From Candidatus Hermodarchaeota archaeon (GTDB lineage Archaea; Asgardarchaeota; Thorarchaeia; Thorarchaeales; Thorarchaeaceae): DNA of 64,000 bases. Shown in pieces: positions 55,843 through 64,000 of the stretch (positions within the stretch are counted from its first letter, which is position 1; each line of letters begins with the position of its first letter). The notes below the pieces were generated by a model. The model worked only from the letters and a program-made list of their open reading frames with translations. It did no database searches and was not told where the DNA came from. Location of the stretch: positions 32,001 to 96,000 of the forward strand of contig JBHLLF010000004.1 of the NCBI GenBank assembly GCA_048885865.1, read 5' to 3'. A program made the translations under genes and the position numbers.

Positions 55843-56931
55843 ATGGACCTCGAACAACGCTTCGAATTAATCGCCGGAGTTGGCGAAGAGATAGTCACTA
55901 GGGAAGAGCTTCGGCAATTGCTGGAAGAGAAGAAGAATCCAATTGCATATGATGGGTTTGAACCATCAGGCATGGCCCATCTTCCATTCGGGGTGTATCG
56001 ACCACTCTTGCTGAAGGACCTCATCAAGGCCGGAGTCAGATTCAAGATTTGGCTTGCTGATTGGTTCGCATGGATCAACAACAAGATGGGTGGTGACCTA
56101 GATAGAATAAAGACCACAGGAGAATACTTCATCGAGGTCTGGAAAGCTGCAGGTGTTCCTAGCAACAAGGTCGAGTTCCTGTTTGCGTCCGATGCGATGG
56201 ACTCCATCGACTATTGGGAGAGAGTAGTGAGGATTGCAAAAGTCACTACTATAGCTAGAGCAACACGTGCGTTGACAATCATGGGAAGGAGAGAAGGAGA
56301 GATGTCAGAAGTTGCACAGTACTTCTATCCAGTGATGCAAGCGTCAGACATCTTTCATCTTGAGGCTGACATTACCCAACTTGGTATGGATCAACGGAGA
56401 GCAAATATACTTGCGCGGGAGGTCGGCCCAAAGCTTGGTCTTTGGAAGCCCGTTGTGATAAGCCATCATATGTTGATCAATCTCGAGGGAGCAATTGAGC
56501 CCGATGGACTTGATGAAGCAGAACGAGACTGGCATATGATACAGTCGAAGATGAGTAAGAGCAAACCTTCCTCAAGCATATTTGTCCATGACACGCTGGA
56601 TGAGATTCGTTCGAAGATAATGGGAGCTTACTGTCCCCCGAAAGAAGTTGAAGGCAATCCCTTGCTTGATTATGCAAAACACATAGTCTTCAGGGCATTC
56701 GACTCAATGGCTGTAGAAAGAAAGTCGAAGTTTGGGGGAGATGTCGAGTTCACAAACTATCAGGACTTGGAGAAGAGCTATGTAGCTGGAGATCTCCATC
56801 CACTGGACCTAAAGAATGCCATGACTATCTATCTGGATAAGGCAGTTCAACCAATTCGAGAGCACTTTGAGAAGAAGGGAAGCGCTAACAGGTTATACGA
56901 ACAGGTCAAGAGCTATCAGATCACACGTTAA
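55843..56931 (+). CDS. tyrS: Tyrosyl-tRNA synthetase
   Basis: AYDGFEPSG, YPVMQASD, GMDQRRA, KMSKS, LHPLDLK. Confidence 0.97.
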   Translation: MDLEQRFELIAGVGEEIVTREELRQLLEEKKNPIAYDGFEPSGMAHLPFGVYRPLLLKDLIKAGVRFKIWLADWFAWINNKMGGDLDRIKTTGEYFIEVWKAAGVPSNKVEFLFASDAMDSIDYWERVVRIAKVTTIARATRALTIMGRREGEMSEVAQYFYPVMQASDIFHLEADITQLGMDQRRANILAREVGPKLGLWKPVVISHHMLINLEGAIEPDGLDEAERDWHMIQSKMSKSKPSSSIFVHDTLDEIRSKIMGAYCPPKEVEGNPLLDYAKHIVFRAFDSMAVERKSKFGGDVEFTNYQDLEKSYVAGDLHPLDLKNAMTIYLDKAVQPIREHFEKKGSANRLYEQVKSYQITR

Positions 56932-57021
56932 ATCGCTCTTGGACTTGTACTAGCCTTACTTAATGAGGGACGACCCCCGTCGAAGCAATATGTTATCTGT
57001 AAGTATCCCCACCCCTGAGGC

Positions 57022-57552
57022 ATGTCAGAAGAGTCGAAGGAACTAATAACGCTGGATAGACGGGGAGACTTGTGTCCTCGAGTTGCCTTCTTGTTCTCGA
57101 TGATGGACAAAACGCGCGGGCGACTCCTCCGCTTGGTGGATGGCCTTTCAGATGATGAGCTAGACTATTCTCCAGACATGGAACATATTGAAACAATTGG
57201 CACTCTTCTCCTTCATATAGCAGCTGTAGAATGGTCATGGATCTTCGAGGATATCGATGGAGAGGAGATGGATTATGAGAAATGGAAGCATGCATTTGCT
57301 CTGAGAGAAGAGGGTCTCCCACAATTGACAAAACAAGGTCTTCAATTCTATATCCACCGACTCGTAGAGGTTCGAAGCCAGGTCTTTCTCAGACTAAGAA
57401 ACCTAGACGATTCCAATCTTCACGTTCTAGTCGACGTAGGTAGCGCTGAAGTAAGCATTGAATGGATTCTGTTCCATATTTTGGAGCATGAAGCCATGCA
57501 CATCGGCCAAATATCAGTTCTAAAAAGGCTGGCAAAGAATAGCCGGAATTAA
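57022..57552 (+). CDS. DinB family protein
   Basis: TIGTLLLHIAAVE...WILFHILEHEAMHIGQI. Confidence 0.9.
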   Translation: MSEESKELITLDRRGDLCPRVAFLFSMMDKTRGRLLRLVDGLSDDELDYSPDMEHIETIGTLLLHIAAVEWSWIFEDIDGEEMDYEKWKHAFALREEGLPQLTKQGLQFYIHRLVEVRSQVFLRLRNLDDSNLHVLVDVGSAEVSIEWILFHILEHEAMHIGQISVLKRLAKNSRN

Positions 57553-57589
57553 TCTTAGAAACCGTTAGTTCAGCTAGGAGGCAAGCCTT

Positions 57590-58354
57590 ATGGATGCATC
57601 AGAGATCAGGGAGTTCCTGGAGTTTGCAGTCGATGCGGCGGTGGAGGCTGGGAAGATCACAATGGATTACTTCCTTGAGTCTTTGGACATTGATATCAAG
57701 ACTGATGACACCCCTGTTACTGAGGCCGATAGAGAGGCTGAGAAGTATATCCGAGAGCGCCTAGAGGCGGTTTATCCAACTCACTCGATTCTTGGGGAAG
57801 AGGGAGGGGCGAAGGAAAGAGAGGCGGACTTTAGGTGGATTATAGATCCTATTGATGGGACCCAGTCATTCATTCGTGGAGTGCCCCTATACACTGTGCT
57901 TATCGCCTTGGAGATGAAGGGAGAACCGCTTTTGGGGGTGATACACAATCCCCCGCTTCAGGAAACCGTGGCCGCAGGAATAGGATTTGGCTGCTTCTAC
58001 AATGGAAACCCTTGCCAAGTCAGTTCTACATCAAAACTGGAGAGAGCTTGGGTACAGGTCACAGACTATGCTGATCTCTTTAGACGGAGGCCTAGATTTG
58101 CTACACATCTTCTTGAGAACACATATTCCTGCCGCACATGGGGAGATGCGTATGGCTACCTTCTTGTTGCAACAGGAAGAGTAGATGTGATGATTGACCC
58201 AATTATGAAGGTATGGGACATTGCACCTCTGAAACCCATTATTACTGAATCGAAGGGGGTCTTCACGGACCTTAATGGTAGTCCAAATGCAATGGGAGAT
58301 TCTTCTATTGCGTGTAATGAGATACTACATAGGCAAATAATGCAACTTATGTAA
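57590..58354 (+). CDS. Inositol monophosphatase family (HisN-like) phosphatase
   Basis: TPVTEAD, ILGEE, WIIDPIDGT, WGDAYGY, WDIAPL. Confidence 0.92.
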   Translation: MDASEIREFLEFAVDAAVEAGKITMDYFLESLDIDIKTDDTPVTEADREAEKYIRERLEAVYPTHSILGEEGGAKEREADFRWIIDPIDGTQSFIRGVPLYTVLIALEMKGEPLLGVIHNPPLQETVAAGIGFGCFYNGNPCQVSSTSKLERAWVQVTDYADLFRRRPRFATHLLENTYSCRTWGDAYGYLLVATGRVDVMIDPIMKVWDIAPLKPIITESKGVFTDLNGSPNAMGDSSIACNEILHRQIMQLM

Positions 58355-58441
58355 CTGCTTTTTACCTGAATACTTATCAGAAAACCTTTACAGTATTCAT
58401 TTCGTACTGCTGGGGGTGCGATGACTTGGGGATGATAAACG

Positions 58442-59608
58442 TTGATAACATGTGCCAAATGTGGGAAAGCAAACCTTCCAACCAGAAAATACTGTCTGCG
58501 CTGCGGAGCATCACTCATTTCGACTCCGACGCCAGAACCTGAAAAGCCCGCTCCTACACAGAAGGCGGCCGCTCCCGCAACTCCAGCCAGCGAAGTCAGC
58601 GCCACAACAGATGACAAATGGGTCAGGCCAAGTGAAGTTTCAACGGATCGAGTGCGAACAAGTGCCCCAAAGATGAAATCAGAGCTGGAAAAGGCGCGGG
58701 AGGCATTTGCCAGAGCTGAAGAGGTCGGGATAGAAGAGGGTGATGAGGGCATTGTCGAAACTAGAATGCTAAGAGCGAGTGAAGTAAGGGAGCTGTTAGA
58801 GTCTGCTGCAGAATACGAGGCCCAGGCTCCTCCAATGCCGACACCGCCAGACACAACTGAACCCGGAGCGCCCCCGCAGCCAGCACCGCCGACAATACCG
58901 ACCCCAAAAGACCTTGAAGAGGGAATATTAGGCTCACAATCGTCGCTTGTTGAAAAACCAGCTCCCCCTGTAGCACCTGCACCGCCTCCGGAAACAACAG
59001 GTGTACCTCCTGGGGGCCCACCAGCTCCTGCAGCTCCTACACCTCCTGCAGCTCCCACACCTCCACCTACATCTACACCTAAGCCGAAACCTCCTGCTCC
59101 GGCTGCGAAACCGCCGCCAACCGTCCCTGCTCCTGCTCCAGTAGCGGCACCGCCACCAAGCGTGCCCGTTGCTCAACAGGTAATCCCAGAGGTAGAAGTA
59201 ATTGAGATGAAGATATCCGACCCTGAATATCTCAAGGACAAGAAAATTAGCGGCACACTGACAGACCTTAGACATCTCCACCTTGAACTAAAGCAGGCAA
59301 ATGCGGATCTTGAAACTGTAGCCGCACATCTTGAGAATGATGTTCAGAATTGCAGAAATTCTTCTGAAGTCAAGAGGATTCATTATGAGAGTATTCAGGA
59401 GCAGTCTCGTCTAGCAAAGGAGGAGTGGAGTGCTGCGGAGAAAGAATATAGTGCTGCTCAAGACCGCCAGAAGAAAGAGATCTCGACCAGACAGAAGAGA
59501 ATCGACAAGATTCAGAAGAGCATCAACAAAGCAGAGTCTGTTGTAGAGAAACGTGTTCGAGACCTCGATAAAGAGAAGGAGAAACTAGCAGCACAGGAAA
59601 AGACCTAA
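58442..59608 (+). CDS. Zn-ribbon / Pro-rich / coiled-coil protein
   Basis: CAKC...CLRC ribbon; long P/A/T-rich segment; ~110-aa C-terminal heptad region. Confidence 0.8.
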   Translation: MITCAKCGKANLPTRKYCLRCGASLISTPTPEPEKPAPTQKAAAPATPASEVSATTDDKWVRPSEVSTDRVRTSAPKMKSELEKAREAFARAEEVGIEEGDEGIVETRMLRASEVRELLESAAEYEAQAPPMPTPPDTTEPGAPPQPAPPTIPTPKDLEEGILGSQSSLVEKPAPPVAPAPPPETTGVPPGGPPAPAAPTPPAAPTPPPTSTPKPKPPAPAAKPPPTVPAPAPVAAPPPSVPVAQQVIPEVEVIEMKISDPEYLKDKKISGTLTDLRHLHLELKQANADLETVAAHLENDVQNCRNSSEVKRIHYESIQEQSRLAKEEWSAAEKEYSAAQDRQKKEISTRQKRIDKIQKSINKAESVVEKRVRDLDKEKEKLAAQEKT

Positions 59609-59660
59609 CACCTAAGTCCAAAATAACGTTTTATCAAACAAAGCGCATTATTTTGGTGAA

Positions 59661-60167
59661 TTGACAGACGAAAAATCAAGCCTAGTGAAATTGGCAGTCA
59701 TTGGAGCAATCAATGCAGGCAAAAGTACATTGATTGCCAAATTGGTCACGGGTTCGTTCATCGATTCATCAATTGCACCGGACGTTGACGTGTCATCTTG
59801 GTTGATTTCTGTTGATGAATTCACCTCAATTGAAGCTTCGATTTTTGAGTTCGATGAGCACGAGGAATTCGAGTTCTTTCAGGCGGCTGCTGTGACTGGA
59901 GCAAAGATAGCTATAGTCATCTTCGACTGCTCATCATTTGAGTCATTGCTATCCGTTGATAAGTGGGTAGGCATGACTTCAAATCTACCCAATGATAGAA
60001 AGCTCTTCGTGGGAACGAAACTCGATCTGTGCGATGATGTTGACTATGATGGAATCCATGAGATCACATCGCGTCATGGAATTGACTTCCTATTGGTGAG
60101 TTCAAAAGAGGGGACCAATATAGGCACACTGGCTCGACGATTGGGTGAGATGGCTCAACGATTATGA
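59661..60167 (+). CDS. Ras/Rab-like small GTPase with degenerate switch motifs
   Basis: G1 GAINAGKST, G4 GTKLD, G5 SSK; G3 reads FEFDEHE. Confidence 0.85.
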   Translation: MTDEKSSLVKLAVIGAINAGKSTLIAKLVTGSFIDSSIAPDVDVSSWLISVDEFTSIEASIFEFDEHEEFEFFQAAAVTGAKIAIVIFDCSSFESLLSVDKWVGMTSNLPNDRKLFVGTKLDLCDDVDYDGIHEITSRHGIDFLLVSSKEGTNIGTLARRLGEMAQRL

Positions 60168-60168
60168 A

Positions 60169-60483
60169 TTGATGTGGATTGTTCTAGCTGGATTTGGTTT
60201 CTGGATATTTGACCTAGGTATGATGCTTGCTCACCATATAATCGATTGCAAAGGCTCATTGCCAAAGATACGCCAGGCATTGATTGAGGGACATAAAAGA
60301 ACGAGTGTATTGCCGGAATCAAATCTTGAATACCTTGACCTCTTCACTGCCGCACGCTTGGCACAGCTCATGTTCTTCTATCAGGGACTGGCGTTGATAT
60401 ATCCTCAGTATGGAGATCAGTCCTTGAGAGAGATCAACCAATCTGTAAGACATCTCAAACGTATTCTCAAGAGGATCTCATGA
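60169..60483 (+). pseudogene. C-terminal remnant of APH/type II homoserine kinase-like phosphotransferase
   Basis: AGFGFWIFDLG...ALIEGH...LP...LDLFTAARL resembles the family C-lobe; catalytic HxD/DFD region absent. Confidence 0.5.
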
Positions 60484-60578
60484 ATTCACATCATCCTAAA
60501 GGGCATTCATCGAGCCTCTTCTTTAATAGCAAGTATCTCCCAATTGTCAAACAGAGCTGAATATCGGAGGTTTCGATT

Positions 60579-61115
60579 CTGGAACAAGTTATAATACCTG
60601 ATTGGCTTCGAGCGATTGATATTCTAGTGGGTGCACTTTCGATTGCACTGTGTAGCTTTGTGCTCATAGGATTCGTACCTTCCAGCGTGGCAATACTCAT
60701 TCTACTGATAATAACACTGTTCATGGTAGGGCTTGCTAGATTTGCCAGAGCTGCTGCTGTAAAGGCCAAGGGGACATCACGGCGTGCGATAAATCTAGTT
60801 GCAGGGATTGTCGGGATTGGAGCTGCTTCGCTGCTCATATTCAACATTCAGCTACCTGAAGAAACCATTTTGATTCTACTTGCAACCGCATGGATGATAA
60901 TGGGACTGGCGAGGATTTCTATTGGATTGATTGAAAGGGACGTGCCTCTTTGGGCACGAATACTACAGATTGTGGTTGGTTTGACTACTATGGCCCTTAC
61001 GAGTGTGGTTGTAATTTTCCCTGTAACTGATTTCTCAACTATTCTGCTATTCCTTCTAATAACCGTCATTGCGAATGGCTTTGCAAGAACCTCGAGGGGC
61101 TACGTCGGAGTCTAG
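60579..61115 (+). CDS. DUF308/HdeD-like membrane protein
   Basis: Repeated TM hairpins; frame extends upstream of 60627 to CTG 60579 after a GGAGGT RBS (EQVIIPDWLRAIDILVG). Confidence 0.7.
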   Translation: MEQVIIPDWLRAIDILVGALSIALCSFVLIGFVPSSVAILILLIITLFMVGLARFARAAAVKAKGTSRRAINLVAGIVGIGAASLLIFNIQLPEETILILLATAWMIMGLARISIGLIERDVPLWARILQIVVGLTTMALTSVVVIFPVTDFSTILLFLLITVIANGFARTSRGYVGV

Positions 61116-61121
61116 CAGAAG

Positions 61122-62120
61122 CTAATCCACAAAAACGGATGGTTCTAGAATTGCATCTTCAATAGCCGCCTCTTCGATTCTGATGAAGGGATCTCGAAGC
61201 CAGCTTATTAATCCCCAAATGGAAGGGACAAGAGAGATTGTCATAAGGATTATCGAGAATGTGATGACCGTTGCGTAGTCGATTCCCATTGCTCCGAGTA
61301 CAATCAGAAGAATCCCCTCCCTCACACCAATTCCTTGAATTGAAATAGGTACTGTTACAAACATCGCAGTTATTGTTGCAGCCAAGGCTACAGAAATCCA
61401 AGGAAGCTGGATATTTAGAGCTCTTGCCAGAAGCACACTTTGCATTGCGTAGAGCAGCCAGGCCCCACCAGCCAGCATGAGCGCCAAGAGCAGTGAATTC
61501 CACCCTGCAAGACGGAGGGATTCGCTAATTCCAGCACTATGCGCTCCAGGAATCCCTTTCTTCTTCAATCTCCTTATTCGCACACCTATCAGCCAAGGGG
61601 AGAGCAAGAATTTCAAAACTCTGTAAGTGACATAGGAAGCTAACAGAAAAACAGCAACAAACCCAAGTACGGCCAATGCAAAGAGGTAATCGATTTCTAG
61701 TATTGCAAGTACGGCGATTGTGGTTATCAAATAAGGTACAAAGGACGCAATGATGGCATCTAGAAACACACTCATTATCGAACGCTCAGTCGTATTGCCT
61801 CTACCCTTCAAATATGGTACTCTAACAAGGTCGCCGAGCGCTCCGGGCACTGCGAAGCTCATCATCTGGGCAATGCACAGGCCATCAACTGCTTCCAGAA
61901 CATCTAGGCGCAAATCCAGTGCAGATGTAATTACATGCCACCGAGCTCCCTTCAGAATCATAACTGGCACTACCAATGCGGCGGCTAATAGGACTGAAGC
62001 TCCATCAAGTGTTAGTGCCAACTGAGCAACCTGAGTAAAGTCGATACGAAGCAAAAGAAAGAGGAAGAGGATGATTCCAATGAAACGAATCAGATGACGT
62101 GCAAGATTTCTTCGTTTCAT
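61122..62120 (-). CDS. LPG synthase TM / AglD2-like flippase-domain membrane protein
   Basis: KGARW, PGALGDLVR, PISIQGIGVRE motifs. Confidence 0.87.
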   Translation of the reverse strand: MKRRNLARHLIRFIGIILFLFLLLRIDFTQVAQLALTLDGASVLLAAALVVPVMILKGARWHVITSALDLRLDVLEAVDGLCIAQMMSFAVPGALGDLVRVPYLKGRGNTTERSIMSVFLDAIIASFVPYLITTIAVLAILEIDYLFALAVLGFVAVFLLASYVTYRVLKFLLSPWLIGVRIRRLKKKGIPGAHSAGISESLRLAGWNSLLLALMLAGGAWLLYAMQSVLLARALNIQLPWISVALAATITAMFVTVPISIQGIGVREGILLIVLGAMGIDYATVITFSIILMTISLVPSIWGLISWLRDPFIRIEEAAIEDAILEPSVFVD

Positions 62121-62321
62121 TGAATCTTCACCTATTCGGGTCAGTCAGTCGAATCTTATCTCCGCAGTGTGCCAATGCAAACTTGGTAGAAATATTAGTG
62201 CTGTTGCATGCAAAGCAGAATTGTGAATAGACCCCTGATAATCTCATCGGGTGTGGACTGACAATTGATACCTCTTAACCCCTGCTTTTCATGATTTTAT
62301 GTTGGATGCACTCTGGTGTAC

Positions 62322-62789
62322 TCATGGAGGAGTCCAGTCTAAAGGAATGATTCCAGCGAGAGTTTGTATCAGTTCCTTTGTCCTCTTATCGTCAAATCTG
62401 CAGCTCTCCCAGACCTTTTGCTCAAACACCAGATCATCTTTGTCCCTAATTGAAAATGTGAGCACCGCAGCATTCGGAAGAGCCCTCTCTGTGCAATTCT
62501 GCAAGTCCCATATCTTCTTCTTTGATAACTCTCCAATGAAGGCAGACAGGTCATCATTGGAAAAAGCTGTCTCTCTCTTCTTAGCTGCCTTAGTTTCATT
62601 CTTGATATCGACTGGTGTTCCCTTCGGTATTTTCCAATGTGTAATCTTATCAGAGGTCACAGTGATTCTGAGTCGCGAATAATATGCAGTGTGCCCGGAT
62701 TGGTATTCGAATGAGAAGTTCGCTAATTCGGCTTTTCCTTTTAGCAGGTCCTTTAGGTAGTTCCTCAATTCCTTCTTGGTATATGTCAC
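62322..62789 (-). CDS. Hypothetical protein
   Basis: 155-aa ORF with GAGGT RBS, downstream of actin. Confidence 0.65.
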   Translation of the reverse strand: MTYTKKELRNYLKDLLKGKAELANFSFEYQSGHTAYYSRLRITVTSDKITHWKIPKGTPVDIKNETKAAKKRETAFSNDDLSAFIGELSKKKIWDLQNCTERALPNAAVLTFSIRDKDDLVFEQKVWESCRFDDKRTKELIQTLAGIIPLDWTPP

Positions 62790-62877
62790 ATACCTCTACC
62801 TCAACCTCATTGGGTCTTTGATTCAAGTCAAAGAAGTCAGGTTCCATAATAAGCTCATTTGCGACAAAATGCAGTTC

Positions 62878-62920
62878 AAAGAAATAGAAGTTTGAAGGAG
62901 GGCTTTGCGGCCCTACCTTC
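62878..62920 (-). terminator. Hairpin plus U-tract after actin
   Basis: Minus strand GAAGG-T-AGGGC / GCCCT-CCTTC stem followed by CTTCTATTTCTTTT. Confidence 0.6.
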
Positions 62921-62933
62921 AGAGACTGTTGGT

Positions 62934-64000
62934 CTAGATGCACCTATGAATGACTTCGGGTCCTGCTTCCTCGAACTCCTTTCTGGAAACCCACATCTTC
63001 TGGAAGGTCTTCAGCGAGGCAAGGATGCTTCCACCAATCCAGACAGAGTACTGCCTCTCGGGCGGAGCAATAATTCGGACCTCGATGTTCTCTGGGACTA
63101 GCTCAGTGATCTCCTTGTGGAGCCGCTCCTTGAGTCCTGGGAACATGGTAGAACCACCGGACAACACAACGTTGGCATATAGGTCACGTCGCAGGTCGAC
63201 GTCACATGCCTTTATTGACTCAACAATGTGGTCGTCTAGTGGTTGGGTGTCAAGACCGATCGCGCTTGGATTGAAGAACAGCTCGGGTGCCTGGAACCTC
63301 TCTGCTCCAACAGTAATCACCTCACCGTCTGGTAGCATGTAAGGCTTGTCGACACCGGCCTTGTCGGCTACGGTTCGCTCTCTCTCAGGATCAAGGGCTA
63401 CGTAACATAGCTTCTCCTTGACATCCCTGACAATTTCCTTCTCTGCACCGCTGACAAAGGAGTAACCCCTCTGTCTGAGCAGTCTGCGCAGATACTCGGT
63501 GATGTCACGGCCTGCGAGGTCGATTCTTTTGATGGCGTGGGTGATAGCAAAGCCCTCGTAAATCGGGACAATGTGTGTCACACCATCTCCAGAGTCAATA
63601 ACTAGCCCCGTCGTTCTTCCGGACGCGTATAGCGAAAGCACTGCCTGTGTGGCAACGTACACTGCTGGAACACCAAAATTGTCAAACATTACTGAGGCCA
63701 TTCTCTCACGGTTCTCACGTGGGTTGAATGGTGCTTCAGTCAGTAGGACTGGGTTCTCACTAGGGTCTACTTTGAGGTCATTATAGAACGTGTAGCTCCA
63801 TATCTTCTCAATAGCGTCCCAGTCATCAATCACACCGTGTGTGATAGGATAGACCAGTCGCAGAACACCACGCAGGTTGATGGCTTCCTCACCGATGTAG
63901 TAGTCTCTGGTATAGTGATCAACATCGGTCATGATTGATTCGTATCTTGGATATCCAATCAGTGTGGGCCAAACACTTCGTGGCTGATCTTCGCCGGCGT
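62934..64000 (-). CDS. Eukaryote-like actin (Asgard actin), 5' end beyond window
   Basis: Frame stays open to the window edge ([11 protein letters not shown]); [65 protein letters not shown]. Confidence 0.97.
   Translation of the reverse strand, partial: AGEDQPRSVWPTLIGYPRYESIMTDVDHYTRDYYIGEEAINLRGVLRLVYPITHGVIDDWDAIEKIWSYTFYNDLKVDPSENPVLLTEAPFNPRENRERMASVMFDNFGVPAVYVATQAVLSLYASGRTTGLVIDSGDGVTHIVPIYEGFAITHAIKRIDLAGRDITEYLRRLLRQRGYSFVSGAEKEIVRDVKEKLCYVALDPERERTVADKAGVDKPYMLPDGEVITVGAERFQAPELFFNPSAIGLDTQPLDDHIVESIKACDVDLRRDLYANVVLSGGSTMFPGLKERLHKEITELVPENIEVRIIAPPERQYSVWIGGSILASLKTFQKMWVSRKEFEEAGPEVIHRCI

Noticed and set aside
58156-59058. 300-aa Gly/Ala-rich minus-strand ORF
   Set aside because: Antisense mirror of the Pro-rich gene.
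59020-59075. Short tandem CCTGCAGCTCC.ACACCT repeats
   Set aside because: Coding repeats for AAPTPP, not a CRISPR array; no spacers or cas genes.

Overview
Gene-dense archaeal chromosomal segment, almost certainly Asgard and most likely Thorarchaeia. This is inferred from a eukaryote-like actin, a two-domain gelsolin, a roadblock protein and a small GTPase alongside archaeal ribosomal proteins, GGGP synthase and TiaS. Contents in order: map, roadblock, GGGPS; an hdrA(-mvhD fusion)-hdrC-hdrB operon, mobA, hypD; several hypothetical HTH/cyclin-like proteins; a ribosomal superoperon from rpl22 through secY/adk/rpl34e/cmk/rpl14e/cbf5 with unusual inserts (Hsp20, aminotransferase, membrane proteins); an RNase P RNA gene absent from the ORF track; tsr3, tiaS, rps13-rps4-rps11; an intron-containing tRNA-Ser(GGA); housekeeping/metabolic genes; gelsolin; a minus-strand run NYN-LOTUS / Fe-S protein / orphan DNA methyltransferase / degenerate MCM-like protein; tyrS; a Zn-ribbon/Pro-rich/coiled-coil protein next to a switch-degenerate small GTPase; and an actin gene cut by the window end. 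No CRISPR array, rRNA or mobile element was seen. Best novelty candidates: (1) an apparently catalytically dead MCM paralogue downstream of an orphan methyltransferase; (2) a ~185-nt multi-helix RNA leader before rpl22, plus further structured leaders before rpl34e, rpl14e and rps13; (3) a stand-alone TFIIB/cyclin-fold protein; (4) the Pro-rich scaffold plus atypical GTPase near actin. All calls come from motif recognition by eye; no searches or folding programs were run.
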